Source: Thermoplasmata archaeon
Lineage (GTDB): Archaea; Thermoplasmatota; Thermoplasmata; Lutacidiplasmatales; UBA184
DNA length: 64,000 nucleotides
Direction of reading: 5' to 3'
NCBI GenBank assembly: GCA_035502475.1
Contig: DATJUJ010000034.1
Location: 532 to 64,531 of the forward strand
A program made the position numbers and the translations under genes. Below are positions 1-8,407 of this stretch, in pieces (position 1 is the first letter of the stretch; the number at the start of each line of letters is the position of its first letter). The notes beneath the pieces are model-generated. The model ran no database searches, had not been told where the DNA came from, and saw only the letters and a program-made list of their open reading frames with translations.

Positions 1-27
1 GGCCGACGCGCGCCTTCGCCACCCGGT

Positions 28-405
28 TCACTCCTTCTTCTCGGCCTCAGGGGCCGGAGCCGCTGCAGCGGGGGTCGGAGCGGCCGGCGCGGCCTCGGCG
101 GGGGCCGCGCCCTTCACGACCTTCTCCTTGAGACCGTTCCGTACGAGGATGTGGGCGCGCGAGGTGAGCTTCGCCGCATCGGCGGTCTCGTAGACGAGCG
201 CATCGCCGCGGGTGACGGCCGTGCCGAAGCGGGCGTGCATCCGCTCGATGATGACCCGGTCCTTCGGGGCCTTCACCATCTTCGAGAGCTCGCCGCGCAC
301 CGCGTCGCGCGTCGGCGTCGCCGCCGTCGCGTGGGCCACCTCGAAGCGGTACTCGTGCCGCTTCATGAGCGGGTTGGGCCGGTCCTCGAGGATCTTAATC
401 TCCAT
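28..405 (-). CDS. rps24e: 30S ribosomal protein S24e
   Basis: 125-aa ORF starting MEIKILEDRPNPLMKRHEYRFEV, with ERMHARFGT and ALVYE motifs typical of eS24 and an Ala/Pro/Lys tail. It lies in the conserved archaeal spt4-DUF359-S24e neighbourhood. Confidence 0.9.
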   Translation of the reverse strand: MEIKILEDRPNPLMKRHEYRFEVAHATAATPTRDAVRGELSKMVKAPKDRVIIERMHARFGTAVTRGDALVYETADAAKLTSRAHILVRNGLKEKVVKGAAPAEAAPAAPTPAAAAPAPEAEKKE

Positions 406-952
406 GGGGGATTCTCCGCAGTTCCATCTGGGCGATCAGGTGCCGTACGTGCTCCTTCGCGACCGCGTCGACGCGGACGAAGGAGACCCCCTCACCCGGG
501 ATACCGTATATAACGGTCGCTCCGGCGGGAAGCGACTCGATGAGCGCGAGCGAGCCGAGGTCCTCCTCGCCGTCGACCTCGAGGAGCCCGCCGCCGTCCG
601 CGATCAGGGCCTTCACCGCGGTGCGCAGCGCCTCGGTGAGGAGGCCGGGCGGGTTGCGGACGCGCACCGTCCGTCGGGCGCCGAGCGCCCGGAAGGTCCC
701 CCGGGGGATCGGCTCGTTGCGCCGGGTCCGGTAGTCGACGATCCCGAGGAGCGGCGGGTGCTTCAGCTCGAGCGCGCGGGCCGTCACCCGGTCGCCGCAG
801 GTCGCGAACGTGCCGAGGCGGACGATCCGCCGGTCCGCGTCGGGGCCCGAATAGACCGGTCCGTACTTTTCGGCGAGGGTCGGACGCAGGGAGTCCGGGA
901 CCGCCCAGGCACGCCCGTCACTTGACGCGGAGCGCGTACCGGCCCGCGGCAT
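395..952 (-). CDS. GTP-dependent dephospho-CoA kinase family protein (DUF359/COG1909)
   Basis: 185-aa ORF. The CGDRVT...PPLLGIVDYRTRR segment matches the GDxV...DxKTxR signature of the archaeal DPCK family. Its position between spt4 and rps24e is typical. The start overlaps the spt4 stop by 35 nt, and no alternative in-frame start is seen. Confidence 0.7.
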   Translation of the reverse strand: MPRAGTRSASSDGRAWAVPDSLRPTLAEKYGPVYSGPDADRRIVRLGTFATCGDRVTARALELKHPPLLGIVDYRTRRNEPIPRGTFRALGARRTVRVRNPPGLLTEALRTAVKALIADGGGLLEVDGEEDLGSLALIESLPAGATVIYGIPGEGVSFVRVDAVAKEHVRHLIAQMELRRIPHGD

Positions 953-1103
953 GGATCCCCATCTTCCGGGCGATCTCCGACTTCTCGGGGTCGATCACGA
1001 CGAGGTACCCCTGCCACTCGCGGGAGACCTCGCCGCCGCACCGCGGGCACTTCGCCTGGTCGGTGATCGTGTTGCAGCTCTTGCACGCCTTGAGGTTGAT
1101 CAT
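918..1103 (-). CDS. spt4: transcription elongation factor Spt4 (RpoE-double-prime)
   Basis: 61-aa product from the internal ATG at 1103: MINLKACKSCNTITDQAKCPRCGG...WQGYLVVIDPEKSEIA. This is the zinc ribbon plus NGN-binding motif of Spt4. The upstream part of track ORF 918..1250 is Arg/Gly-rich and rejected. Confidence 0.85.
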   Translation of the reverse strand: MINLKACKSCNTITDQAKCPRCGGEVSREWQGYLVVIDPEKSEIARKMGIHAAGRYALRVK

Positions 1104-1108
1104 CGGGA

Positions 1109-1771
1109 TCACCCGGAGGCCGGGGCTTCGCTCGCGGCCTTCGCCGGCGCGCTCGCCTTCGCGGGGGGCGCTCGCTTCCCGGCGGGTCCGCCAGACGGGC
1201 TCTTCCGGCCGCCCTTGTCGTCGGTCTTCTTGTGGGACTCCTGGATCCACTCGAGCCGTCCGAGCGCGGGCTGGCGCATGGTGAGGCCGATGCGGCTGTC
1301 GCGCGGAGAGATCTCCGAGAGCGAGAGCGAGACGACCCGGGCCCGCACCTTGTAGCCGACCTTCAGGTCCTTCTTGGATTCGATGCCGACGAGCCGCTGG
1401 TTGTGCTCGTCGATGTTGACGCGATCGTCCATGATCTGGGAGACGTGCAGGAGGCCGTCGAGCGGCCCGAAGCGGACGAACGCCCCGAACTTCCGGATCT
1501 CGACCACGGAGCCCTCGACGACCTCCTGGATCTCGGGACGGAAGAGGAGCGCCTCGTACTCGACCTCCTGGTAGACGCCGCCGTCCCCGTGGATGATGTG
1601 CCCCTCGCCGATCGACTTCACCTCGCGGATCGTGACGGCGAGGCTCTGGCCGTCGACCAGCTTCCCCTCGAACTGCTGCTGCGCGAGCTCCGTGAGCACG
1701 CCCGAGAGCTCGGGCCCCAGGCGCTCGGGCGGGATCCGCACGACGTCCCGCCGGTGATCGAGATAGTACAT
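1109..1771 (-). CDS. rpo7: DNA-directed RNA polymerase subunit Rpo7 (E-prime), S1 domain
   Basis: Real C-terminal 220 aa of the 1036-aa shadow ORF. The protein starts MYYLDHRRDVVRIPPERLG, carries the S1 fold segment GSVVEIRKFGAFVRFGPLDGLLHVSQI, and ends in a Lys/Ala-rich tail. ATG at 1771 verified in frame. Confidence 0.9.
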   Translation of the reverse strand: MYYLDHRRDVVRIPPERLGPELSGVLTELAQQQFEGKLVDGQSLAVTIREVKSIGEGHIIHGDGGVYQEVEYEALLFRPEIQEVVEGSVVEIRKFGAFVRFGPLDGLLHVSQIMDDRVNIDEHNQRLVGIESKKDLKVGYKVRARVVSLSLSEISPRDSRIGLTMRQPALGRLEWIQESHKKTDDKGGRKSPSGGPAGKRAPPAKASAPAKAASEAPASG

Positions 1772-1794
1772 GTGCCGCGCGCGAGCGAGGGGGG

Positions 1795-2853
1795 CTATTT
1801 GATTCTTGGGGCGGGCGGGGTCGGCCCCCCGGCGGTGAGGCCGAGCGCCCGGTCGGTCATCGCGACCGAGCTCGGTCCGTCCGGCGCCAACTCGAGGATC
1901 GCCCGGATCGCGTCGATGTTCTCCGGCACGACGATCGACTCCTGGTGGATCGCCTGGAAGAAGTAGAGGTCCCGCCCGTCCAGGCGGACCCCGTTCTCCC
2001 AGAGGACGTTCTCCATCATGTCGTTGAACCCGATCCCCCGGTCGCGGGCGTACTCCATCACCTGCGGGGTCCCGTCGACGTGCTCCCACGCCGCAAAGAG
2101 GTGGAAGCGGGGGGTCGAGCGGAACGCGGCCACGACCTCGGAGGCGTCCGGAGGCGGGCGCGCGAGGCGCACGTGGTTCACGTGGACGTGCATGAGGGTC
2201 GTGGGGACGACGACCGCGGTGGTCGCGATCGGCAGCTCCGGGAAGATGGTGTTGACGTCGGGTCCGTGGTGGGACGGCAGCTTGAACGTCGGCAGGATGC
2301 CGTTCACCGGACCGCGATCGGTCTCGGCGGGGTCGCCCGCCCGGCGCACGAGCGTGACCTCCCAGTGCTCGACCCCCCACCGGGGTACGAGGACCGAGGC
2401 GGCCCGGGCGATCCCGGTCGTGTTGCACGAGACGACGCGCAGGCTCCGCTTCCCCCGGCACGCCGCGAAGTTGCCGAGGGCGGTGAACGACGCCTCGGCG
2501 ACATCGGAGCTCTCCCCGCCCTGGAAGATCGCGGGGAGGTTCGCGGACTGGTAGAGGGCCCGATTGGTCTTTCCGACCTTGTCCGGAGCCGCGTCGACGA
2601 CGAGGTCGGCGCGGGCGAGGAGGTCGTCGACCGTCCCCGCGACCGGCAGGCCCGCGGCCCGGAACGGGGCCGGGTCGCCGCCGCCCGCCACGAACAGCGG
2701 ATAGCCCTTCTCCACCGCGCGACGGGCTTCGAAGCTGGGCCGGGTCTTCGTGACCCCGACGAGCTCCATGTCGGGTTGCTTCGCGACCGCGTCCGCGACC
2801 CGCTTGCCGATGGTGCCGAACCCGTTGATCGCGATCCGAGCCCGCGCCGTCGT
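1795..2853 (-). CDS. gap: glyceraldehyde-3-phosphate dehydrogenase, archaeal type II
   Basis: Catalytic SCNTTG and the downstream archaeal GAPDH pattern are present. The NAD-binding motif INGFGTIGKRVADAV is encoded upstream of the first ATG (2769). No ATG, GTG or TTG lies between the in-frame stop (2917..2919) and that motif. The 5' end is placed at ACG 2853 and is tentative. Confidence 0.8.
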   Translation of the reverse strand, partial: TTARARIAINGFGTIGKRVADAVAKQPDMELVGVTKTRPSFEARRAVEKGYPLFVAGGGDPAPFRAAGLPVAGTVDDLLARADLVVDAAPDKVGKTNRALYQSANLPAIFQGGESSDVAEASFTALGNFAACRGKRSLRVVSCNTTGIARAASVLVPRWGVEHWEVTLVRRAGDPAETDRGPVNGILPTFKLPSHHGPDVNTIFPELPIATTAVVVPTTLMHVHVNHVRLARPPPDASEVVAAFRSTPRFHLFAAWEHVDGTPQVMEYARDRGIGFNDMMENVLWENGVRLDGRDLYFFQAIHQESIVVPENIDAIRAILELAPDGPSSVAMTDRALGLTAGGPTPPAPRIK

Positions 2854-2881
2854 GCTCCCCTCGTCGTCGGAGCCGGGCCGG

Positions 2882-2889
2882 GGATAAAG
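2882..2889 (-). promoter_or_regulatory. putative TATA box for gap (CTTTATCC on minus strand)
   Basis: Isolated AT island in GC-rich DNA about 30 nt upstream of the proposed gap 5' end. Confidence 0.35.
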
Positions 2890-2950
2890 GGCTTGTCGCG
2901 GCCGCGCCGGGATAGGCTAAAGTCCCGGGGCGCGCGTCGCGCTCCCGCCC

Positions 2951-4138
2951 ATGGATTTCCGGCTGACCGACGAGGAGACGGCGTTCCAGGATGCGGTGCG
3001 ACGGTTCGGCGATCGGGTGCTGCGGACCCACGAGCGTCAGATCGATGCGGACGGCCGCATCCCGGACGAGGTGCTCGCGGCGATGGCCGACCTCGGCCTG
3101 CTCGCGATGCCGGTCCCCACCGAGTACGGTGGGATGGGCGCCTCCGCGGTCCTCACCGAGCTCGCGGCGGAGGAGATCGGGCGGGGCGACTTCTCGATGG
3201 CCACGGCCGTCTTCTTCCTGCTCGAGGCGGGTTGGGGCCACGTGCTCAGCCGGTTCGCCCCCGAGGAGACCCGGCAGGAGGTGCTCCCGGCCGTCTGCGC
3301 GGGCAAGGCGTTCCTCGGCATCGCCACGACCGAGCCGACCGGGGGCAGCGACCTCGCGCACCTGCGGACCCGGGTCCGGCGCGACGGCTCCGCGTTCGTC
3401 CTGAACGGCGAGAAGGCGTTCGTCTCCGGCGTCGAGGAGGCGAAGCGGCTCGGCGGCGGGCACTTGACCCTCGCCCGCGCGGAGTCCGGGTTCGATTTCC
3501 TCTACGTGCCGACCCGCTCGGACGGCATCACGACCCAGCGGTTCCAGAACCTGGGGCGAATGGGGATCTCGACCGGGGGGCTCTCCTACCAGGACGTGCG
3601 GGTGCCGGACCGGTACCTCCTCGGCGCGGAGGGCCAGGGGTTCGACGTCGCGATGCAGGGGTTCTCGGTCGCCCGAACGTTCGTGAGCGCGGCGTGCATC
3701 GGGGCCGCGGAGCGGGCGCTCGAGACCGGGATGACGTATATCCGGGAGCGGACCGCGTTCGGCCAGCCCCTTGGGAAGTTCGAGGGGATCCAGTTCGAGC
3801 TCGTCGATCTCTGGACCCAGGTCGAAGCGGTGAAGTGGCAGTGCCGCCGCGCCGCCTGGCTGCTCGACCAGTACCCCCTGAAGGGCGACGACTCCCACCG
3901 CTCCGAGGTCGACCGGGCCGTCGCCTCCGTGAAGCTCACGGCGCCGCCCATCGCGTTCGAATGCGTGAAGCGCGTGATGATGTGGTTCGGGGCCGCCGGC
4001 TACACGAAGGACGTCGGGCTCGAGCTCGGCTTCCGCGGCATCATGTCGTACCTCGTCGGCGCCGAGGGCGGGCTCAACATCATGCGGATCATCCTCGGAC
4101 GCGAGCTCCTCGGGAAGGAGTTCGTGCCGTACAAGTAG
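2951..4138 (+). CDS. acyl-CoA dehydrogenase family protein
   Basis: 395-aa ORF with the typical ACAD layout: EYGGMG, TEPTGGSDL, FVLNGEKAFVSG and a C-terminal helical domain. An AT island GATAGGCTAAAGTC (2911..2924) lies about 30 nt upstream. Confidence 0.9.
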   Translation: MDFRLTDEETAFQDAVRRFGDRVLRTHERQIDADGRIPDEVLAAMADLGLLAMPVPTEYGGMGASAVLTELAAEEIGRGDFSMATAVFFLLEAGWGHVLSRFAPEETRQEVLPAVCAGKAFLGIATTEPTGGSDLAHLRTRVRRDGSAFVLNGEKAFVSGVEEAKRLGGGHLTLARAESGFDFLYVPTRSDGITTQRFQNLGRMGISTGGLSYQDVRVPDRYLLGAEGQGFDVAMQGFSVARTFVSAACIGAAERALETGMTYIRERTAFGQPLGKFEGIQFELVDLWTQVEAVKWQCRRAAWLLDQYPLKGDDSHRSEVDRAVASVKLTAPPIAFECVKRVMMWFGAAGYTKDVGLELGFRGIMSYLVGAEGGLNIMRIILGRELLGKEFVPYK

Positions 4139-4147
4139 CGAGCTCCG

Positions 4148-5152
4148 ATGCCCGGCGGCCGACCGAGCGGGAACCGGGCGATCGACGAGCGCGGCTTCCA
4201 TGCCTGGCTGGCCGCCCATCTGCCGGCCGGACGCCGGGGGCTCCTCCCGCTCGGAGACGACGCCGCCGACCTATGCCCGCCCCCGGGCCGGGTCGCGATC
4301 CTCACCACGGACGCCCTCGTCGCGGGGACCCATTTCCGCCGGGGCTCGCCGCCGCGCCGGATCGGAGCGGCCGCCACGAACGTGAGCTTCTCCGACCTGG
4401 CGGCGAAAGGGGCCCAGCCCGCCGGGATCCTGCTCGCGGTGCTGGTGCCCCCCGGCACCCCGGCGGGGTGGGCCCGGGCCCTCGTGCAGGGCGCGGAGCG
4501 TGCGGCGGCCCGCTGGGACGCCCACGTGATCGGCGGGGACACGAAGCCCGGCCCCGTGCCCACCGTCGTCGGGACGGCCGTGGGCTGGGCTGTCCCGGGG
4601 CACCTCGCCCCGCGGCGGGGGGCGCGCCCCGGCGACGTGCTCGTGACGACGGGGACCGTCGGGCGCGGCGGGGCCGCGGCCGAGGCCCTCCGGGCGCGGG
4701 GCGAACGGCCGGACGTGCTCGCCCGGCTCCTCGACGTGCGCCCGAGGGTCGCCGCCGGCCGGGTCCTGGCCCCGCTCGCGCACGCGATGATCGACACCTC
4801 CGACGGCCTCGCGGAAGCGGCCCGGCTGCTCGCCCACAGCAGCGCGGTCCGTCTCGAGGTGGACGAGCGCACGCTGCCGCTCGATCCCGCCGTGCGGCGC
4901 CTGCCCGCGCGGCGGCGCCGCGCCGCCGCGTTCTTTGGCGGGGACTACGAACTGCTGGCGGCCGTGCCGCCCGGCCGGCTCCCGGCCGCCCGGCGGGCCG
5001 TCGGCGCGACGCGGACCCGGCTGACGGTCGTAGGTCGGGTCGCTCGGGGCCGGGGGGCGGTGCTGCTCAACTCGGCGGGCGCGCGTCCGATGCCACCGCC
5101 CGGGTGGGATCCGTTCGCCGCGGCGCGACCGCGCGGCCCGACGCCCGGATAG
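4148..5152 (+). CDS. thiL: thiamine-monophosphate kinase
   Basis: AIR-synthase-related fold motifs: LPLGDDAADL, TTDALVAGTHF, NVSFSDLAAKGA, GGDTKPG and MIDTSDGLAEA. Begins 10 nt after the acd stop. Confidence 0.85.
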   Translation: MPGGRPSGNRAIDERGFHAWLAAHLPAGRRGLLPLGDDAADLCPPPGRVAILTTDALVAGTHFRRGSPPRRIGAAATNVSFSDLAAKGAQPAGILLAVLVPPGTPAGWARALVQGAERAAARWDAHVIGGDTKPGPVPTVVGTAVGWAVPGHLAPRRGARPGDVLVTTGTVGRGGAAAEALRARGERPDVLARLLDVRPRVAAGRVLAPLAHAMIDTSDGLAEAARLLAHSSAVRLEVDERTLPLDPAVRRLPARRRRAAAFFGGDYELLAAVPPGRLPAARRAVGATRTRLTVVGRVARGRGAVLLNSAGARPMPPPGWDPFAAARPRGPTPG

Positions 5153-5247
5153 TTCGCCACCTGTCGAAGTCCGTGCCGCACCGTGGCAAGGTCGCGCTAC
5201 GCTCAAGTAGCCGGGGCCGGGTTCCCGGATGCCCCGAGGTGGGCTCG

Positions 5248-6510
5248 ATGCCGACCAGTGATTCCGTCATCAATCCGTTCGAGACCGCGCGCCAACAGAT
5301 CGATATCGTCGCCGACCTGCTCGGCCTGGACGTCGGCATGCGCGAGGTGCTGAAGCACCCGAAGCGCGAGCTGACCGTGAACTTCCCGGTCCGGATGGAC
5401 GACGGGTCGTACCGCGTCTTCACCGGCCACCGCGTCCAGTACAACATGGCCCGGGGCCCGACCAAGGGGGGCATCCGCTACCACCCGCAGGTCACGCTCG
5501 ACGAGGTGCGGGCGCTGGCCGCGTGGATGACGTGGAAGTGCGCCGTCGTCAACATCCCGTACGGCGGGGCGAAGGGCGGCGTCATCTGCGACCCCAAGCA
5601 CATGTCGAAGGGCGAGCTCGAGCGCCTCACCCGGCGCTACGCGAGCGAGATCGCGCCGATCATCGGCCCGGAGATGGACATCCCGGCGCCGGACGTCTAC
5701 ACCGACTCCCAGACCATGGCCTGGATCATGGACACGTACTCGATGCTGAAGGGGTACTCCGTGCCGGGCGTCGTGACCGGCAAGCCGATCAGCCTCGGCG
5801 GCAGCGAGGGCCGGGGCGAGGCGACCGGCCGCGGCTGCGCCTACGTCATCCGCGAGTCGGCGAAGGACGTCGGCCTCAAGATGAAGGGCGCGACCGTCGC
5901 CGTCCAGGGGTTCGGGAACGCCGGCAGCGTCGCCGCGAACCTCCTCTACGACGAGCAGGGCGCGAAGATCGTCGCCGTGTCCGACTCGAAGGGCGGGATC
6001 TTGAAGGCGGACGGATTGAACCCGCACGCGGTCGAGGCCCACAAGCAGAAGACCGGCTCGGTCGTCGGCTTCCCCGGCACGAAGGCGCTCAGCAACGAAG
6101 AGCTCCTCCAGACGAAGGTCGACGTCCTGATCCCCGCGGCGCTCGAGAACCAGATCACGCCCAAGAACGCCGACAAGATCCAGGCGAAGATCGTCGCGGA
6201 GGCCGCGAACGGACCCACGGTGCCGAAGGCGGACACGGTCCTGTTCGAGAAGGGGATCACGGTGCTCCCCGACGTGCTCGCGAACGCGGGCGGCGTGACG
6301 GTGAGCTACTTCGAGTGGGCCCAGGACATCCAGGGCTACTTCTGGGGCCTCGACGAGGTCAACTCGCGCCTCGAGCGGATCATGGTGAAGTCGTACGCCG
6401 ACGTCCACCAGGTCGCGACGGAGCGCAAGGTCCACAACCGGACGGCCGCGTACGTCCTCGCCATCCAGCGGGTCGTCGACGCCACGAAGATCCGCGGGAT
6501 CTACCCGTAG
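5248..6510 (+). CDS. gdhA: glutamate dehydrogenase
   Basis: Real C-terminal 420 aa of a 1521-aa shadow ORF. Motifs: GPTKGGIRYHP, KCAVVNIPYGGAKGG, VQGFGNAGS and ANAGGVTVSYFEW. A GAGGTG Shine-Dalgarno-like element lies 7 nt upstream of ATG 5248. Confidence 0.95.
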   Translation: MPTSDSVINPFETARQQIDIVADLLGLDVGMREVLKHPKRELTVNFPVRMDDGSYRVFTGHRVQYNMARGPTKGGIRYHPQVTLDEVRALAAWMTWKCAVVNIPYGGAKGGVICDPKHMSKGELERLTRRYASEIAPIIGPEMDIPAPDVYTDSQTMAWIMDTYSMLKGYSVPGVVTGKPISLGGSEGRGEATGRGCAYVIRESAKDVGLKMKGATVAVQGFGNAGSVAANLLYDEQGAKIVAVSDSKGGILKADGLNPHAVEAHKQKTGSVVGFPGTKALSNEELLQTKVDVLIPAALENQITPKNADKIQAKIVAEAANGPTVPKADTVLFEKGITVLPDVLANAGGVTVSYFEWAQDIQGYFWGLDEVNSRLERIMVKSYADVHQVATERKVHNRTAAYVLAIQRVVDATKIRGIYP

Positions 6511-6538
6511 GGTACCCCTTCCGGCGGCCCCGCTCCCG

Positions 6539-7153
6539 ATGGACGACCTCCCGCCCTGCCGGCTGGCGCGCTGGGCGGACGTCGATCGGTGGGCCGAGGC
6601 CGTCGCCGAGAAGGTCCGCGCCTCGGGCTTCGCGCCCGGGACGATCGTCGGGCTCACCCGCGGCGGCTGGGTCCCGAGCCGGCTCCTCTGCGACCGGCTC
6701 GGGGTGAAGCGGCTCGTCTCCCTGCGGGCCCAGCACTGGGGCGTGACCGCGACGCCGACGGGCGCCGCGGCCGTGACCGAGGGCCTGAGCGGCCCCGTCG
6801 AGGGCCACGCGGTGCTCATCGTCGACGACATCACCGACACCGGCCAGAGCCTCGCCCTCGCCGTGGAGCACGTGCGCGCCGGCCGACCGAGCCGACTCGA
6901 GACCGCGACGTTCCTCCACATCGCCCACTCGACGTTCGTCCCCTCGTACTTCGCGGAGGAGATCTCCCGGGAGGCCTGGGCGTGGATCGTCTTTCCCTGG
7001 AACTACTGGGAGGACCTCCGGGTGCTCAGCGGGCGCGCGGCGCGGATCGCCCCCGGCGTGGACGCCGTCCGGGCCACGCTCGCGGAACGGTGCGGGCTCT
7101 CGGTGCCCCGCGCCGACGTGGAGCGGGTCCTCGGAGACGCCCCGCTCGGATAG
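6539..7153 (+). CDS. purine phosphoribosyltransferase (Hpt/Gpt-like, COG2236)
   Basis: PRPP-binding loop VLIVDDITDTGQSL and the GLTRGGWVPSRLL motif. The 204-aa size fits archaeal HGXPRT-like enzymes. Confidence 0.8.
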   Translation: MDDLPPCRLARWADVDRWAEAVAEKVRASGFAPGTIVGLTRGGWVPSRLLCDRLGVKRLVSLRAQHWGVTATPTGAAAVTEGLSGPVEGHAVLIVDDITDTGQSLALAVEHVRAGRPSRLETATFLHIAHSTFVPSYFAEEISREAWAWIVFPWNYWEDLRVLSGRAARIAPGVDAVRATLAERCGLSVPRADVERVLGDAPLG

Positions 7154-7167
7154 CGCGAAGGGCTGCC

Positions 7168-8259
7168 CTAGGTCAACGAGGTCGGGTCCGGCGCGTCCCG
7201 CCGGGCGGCCGCCCGGAAGTACTGCTGCAGGATCCCGGCGCCGATCACGAGCCCGAAGCCGGTCGCGATGAGCCCGACCAGGAGCGGCAGCTGGGTCGCG
7301 GCCGTGCTGCCCTCGAGGTACCGGACGAGGAAGACGATCCCGTAGCAGACGAAGCCGATCCCGATGATCGAGGTCGTCGCGACCGCGAACGAGCGCGGGA
7401 ACCGGCCCCGCGAGAACGTCCGCCGGATCGCCCGTCCGGTCTCCCAGACGACCGCGCCGGCGATCCACCAGATGAGGCCCGCCTGCAGGAACAGGAGGCT
7501 GCGGTCGATCGGGGCCTGCGCGAGGTTGCGGGCGATGTCGTTGTAGCCCGTGAGGAAGCCGACCCCGACGAGCGCGAGGGCGAACAGCCCGAACCCGAAA
7601 GCGACCGAGCCGACCCGGATGTCCGCCGACGCGGACCGGATCGAGTCGATGATCGCCTCGTCGATGTCGAACGTCCAGAAGATGAGGTAGACGCCGAGGA
7701 GGATCGCGAGCCCGATCACCCCCCAGAGGAGGACGCCGCCGGCCGCGGCGATGCCCAGGATCAGGAGCACGAGGGCGAACGGCAGGACGGTCTTCGCCCG
7801 CAGCTTGGGGTCCTTGAGCGCGCGGACGACCGTGTAGTACGTCGACTCGATGCTGGCGCTCTGGCGGACGTAGACGCGCCGAACGCCGTCGACCTTCACC
7901 CGCGACGCGAGGATCGGGAACAGGTACTCGTCCTCCGCGCCGTCGCTGACGAGGTAGGCGCTCGTCGCCTGGACCTTCTCGAGGACCCGGTCGAACTGGT
8001 CCGCGACCTTCCGGTCCGAGAGGACCCCGACCTTCGGCGAGCCCGTGAGCACGCAGACCTCGCACTCCTCGCCCGCGCCGCGGAGCTCGTCGAGCAGCGC
8101 GACCGCGGCGAAGAGGGCGTTGGTGTCCGAGTCCTCCGGGTCGACGGTCCCGAGCCGGACGGCTGCGTCGAGGACCTCGGCCCGCCCGACGACGGGCCCG
8201 GCCACGCTCGCCTTCCGGCCGAGGTCGTCGTCCCGGTCGATGCAGACGACGAGCCGCAT
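7168..8259 (-). CDS. DUF373 family archaeal membrane protein
   Basis: The N-terminal soluble domain starts MRLVVCIDRDDDLGRK and includes DSDTNALF. It is followed by about 6 predicted TM helices. Family assignment is from memory of the DUF373 pattern. Confidence 0.7.
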   Translation of the reverse strand: MRLVVCIDRDDDLGRKASVAGPVVGRAEVLDAAVRLGTVDPEDSDTNALFAAVALLDELRGAGEECEVCVLTGSPKVGVLSDRKVADQFDRVLEKVQATSAYLVSDGAEDEYLFPILASRVKVDGVRRVYVRQSASIESTYYTVVRALKDPKLRAKTVLPFALVLLILGIAAAGGVLLWGVIGLAILLGVYLIFWTFDIDEAIIDSIRSASADIRVGSVAFGFGLFALALVGVGFLTGYNDIARNLAQAPIDRSLLFLQAGLIWWIAGAVVWETGRAIRRTFSRGRFPRSFAVATTSIIGIGFVCYGIVFLVRYLEGSTAATQLPLLVGLIATGFGLVIGAGILQQYFRAAARRDAPDPTSLT

Positions 8260-8407
8260 GGCCCGCGATGTATGGTCGGACCGGGGCTTAACAACTTGTG
8301 TCGTCCCCCGAGCGACACACGGGACCCGGGCGTCCCGGAGCGCCGTTCCGGCCGCCGCGCGCGGATACGCTTATACTCCGCCGGCCTCCCCGGGCCGCCC
8401 GGTACCC

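Noticed and set aside
1109-4219. 1036-aa minus-strand ORF
   Set aside because: Only the C-terminal 220 aa (Rpo7) are real. The upstream part overlaps gap in another frame and acd on the opposite strand, and is low-complexity.
1945-6510. 1521-aa plus-strand ORF, the longest in the first 10 kb
   Set aside because: Only the last 420 aa (5248..6510, gdhA) have protein-like composition and family motifs. The rest is Arg/Pro/Gly/Ala-rich. It runs antisense or out of frame to gap, acd and thiL, which is typical of stop-codon-poor GC-rich DNA.
8297-8319. 7-bp inverted repeat TGTGTCG-N9-CGACACA in the DUF373/proS divergent spacer
   Set aside because: It is short enough to arise by chance, and I noticed no second copy. 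It could be an operator, but the evidence is insufficient.
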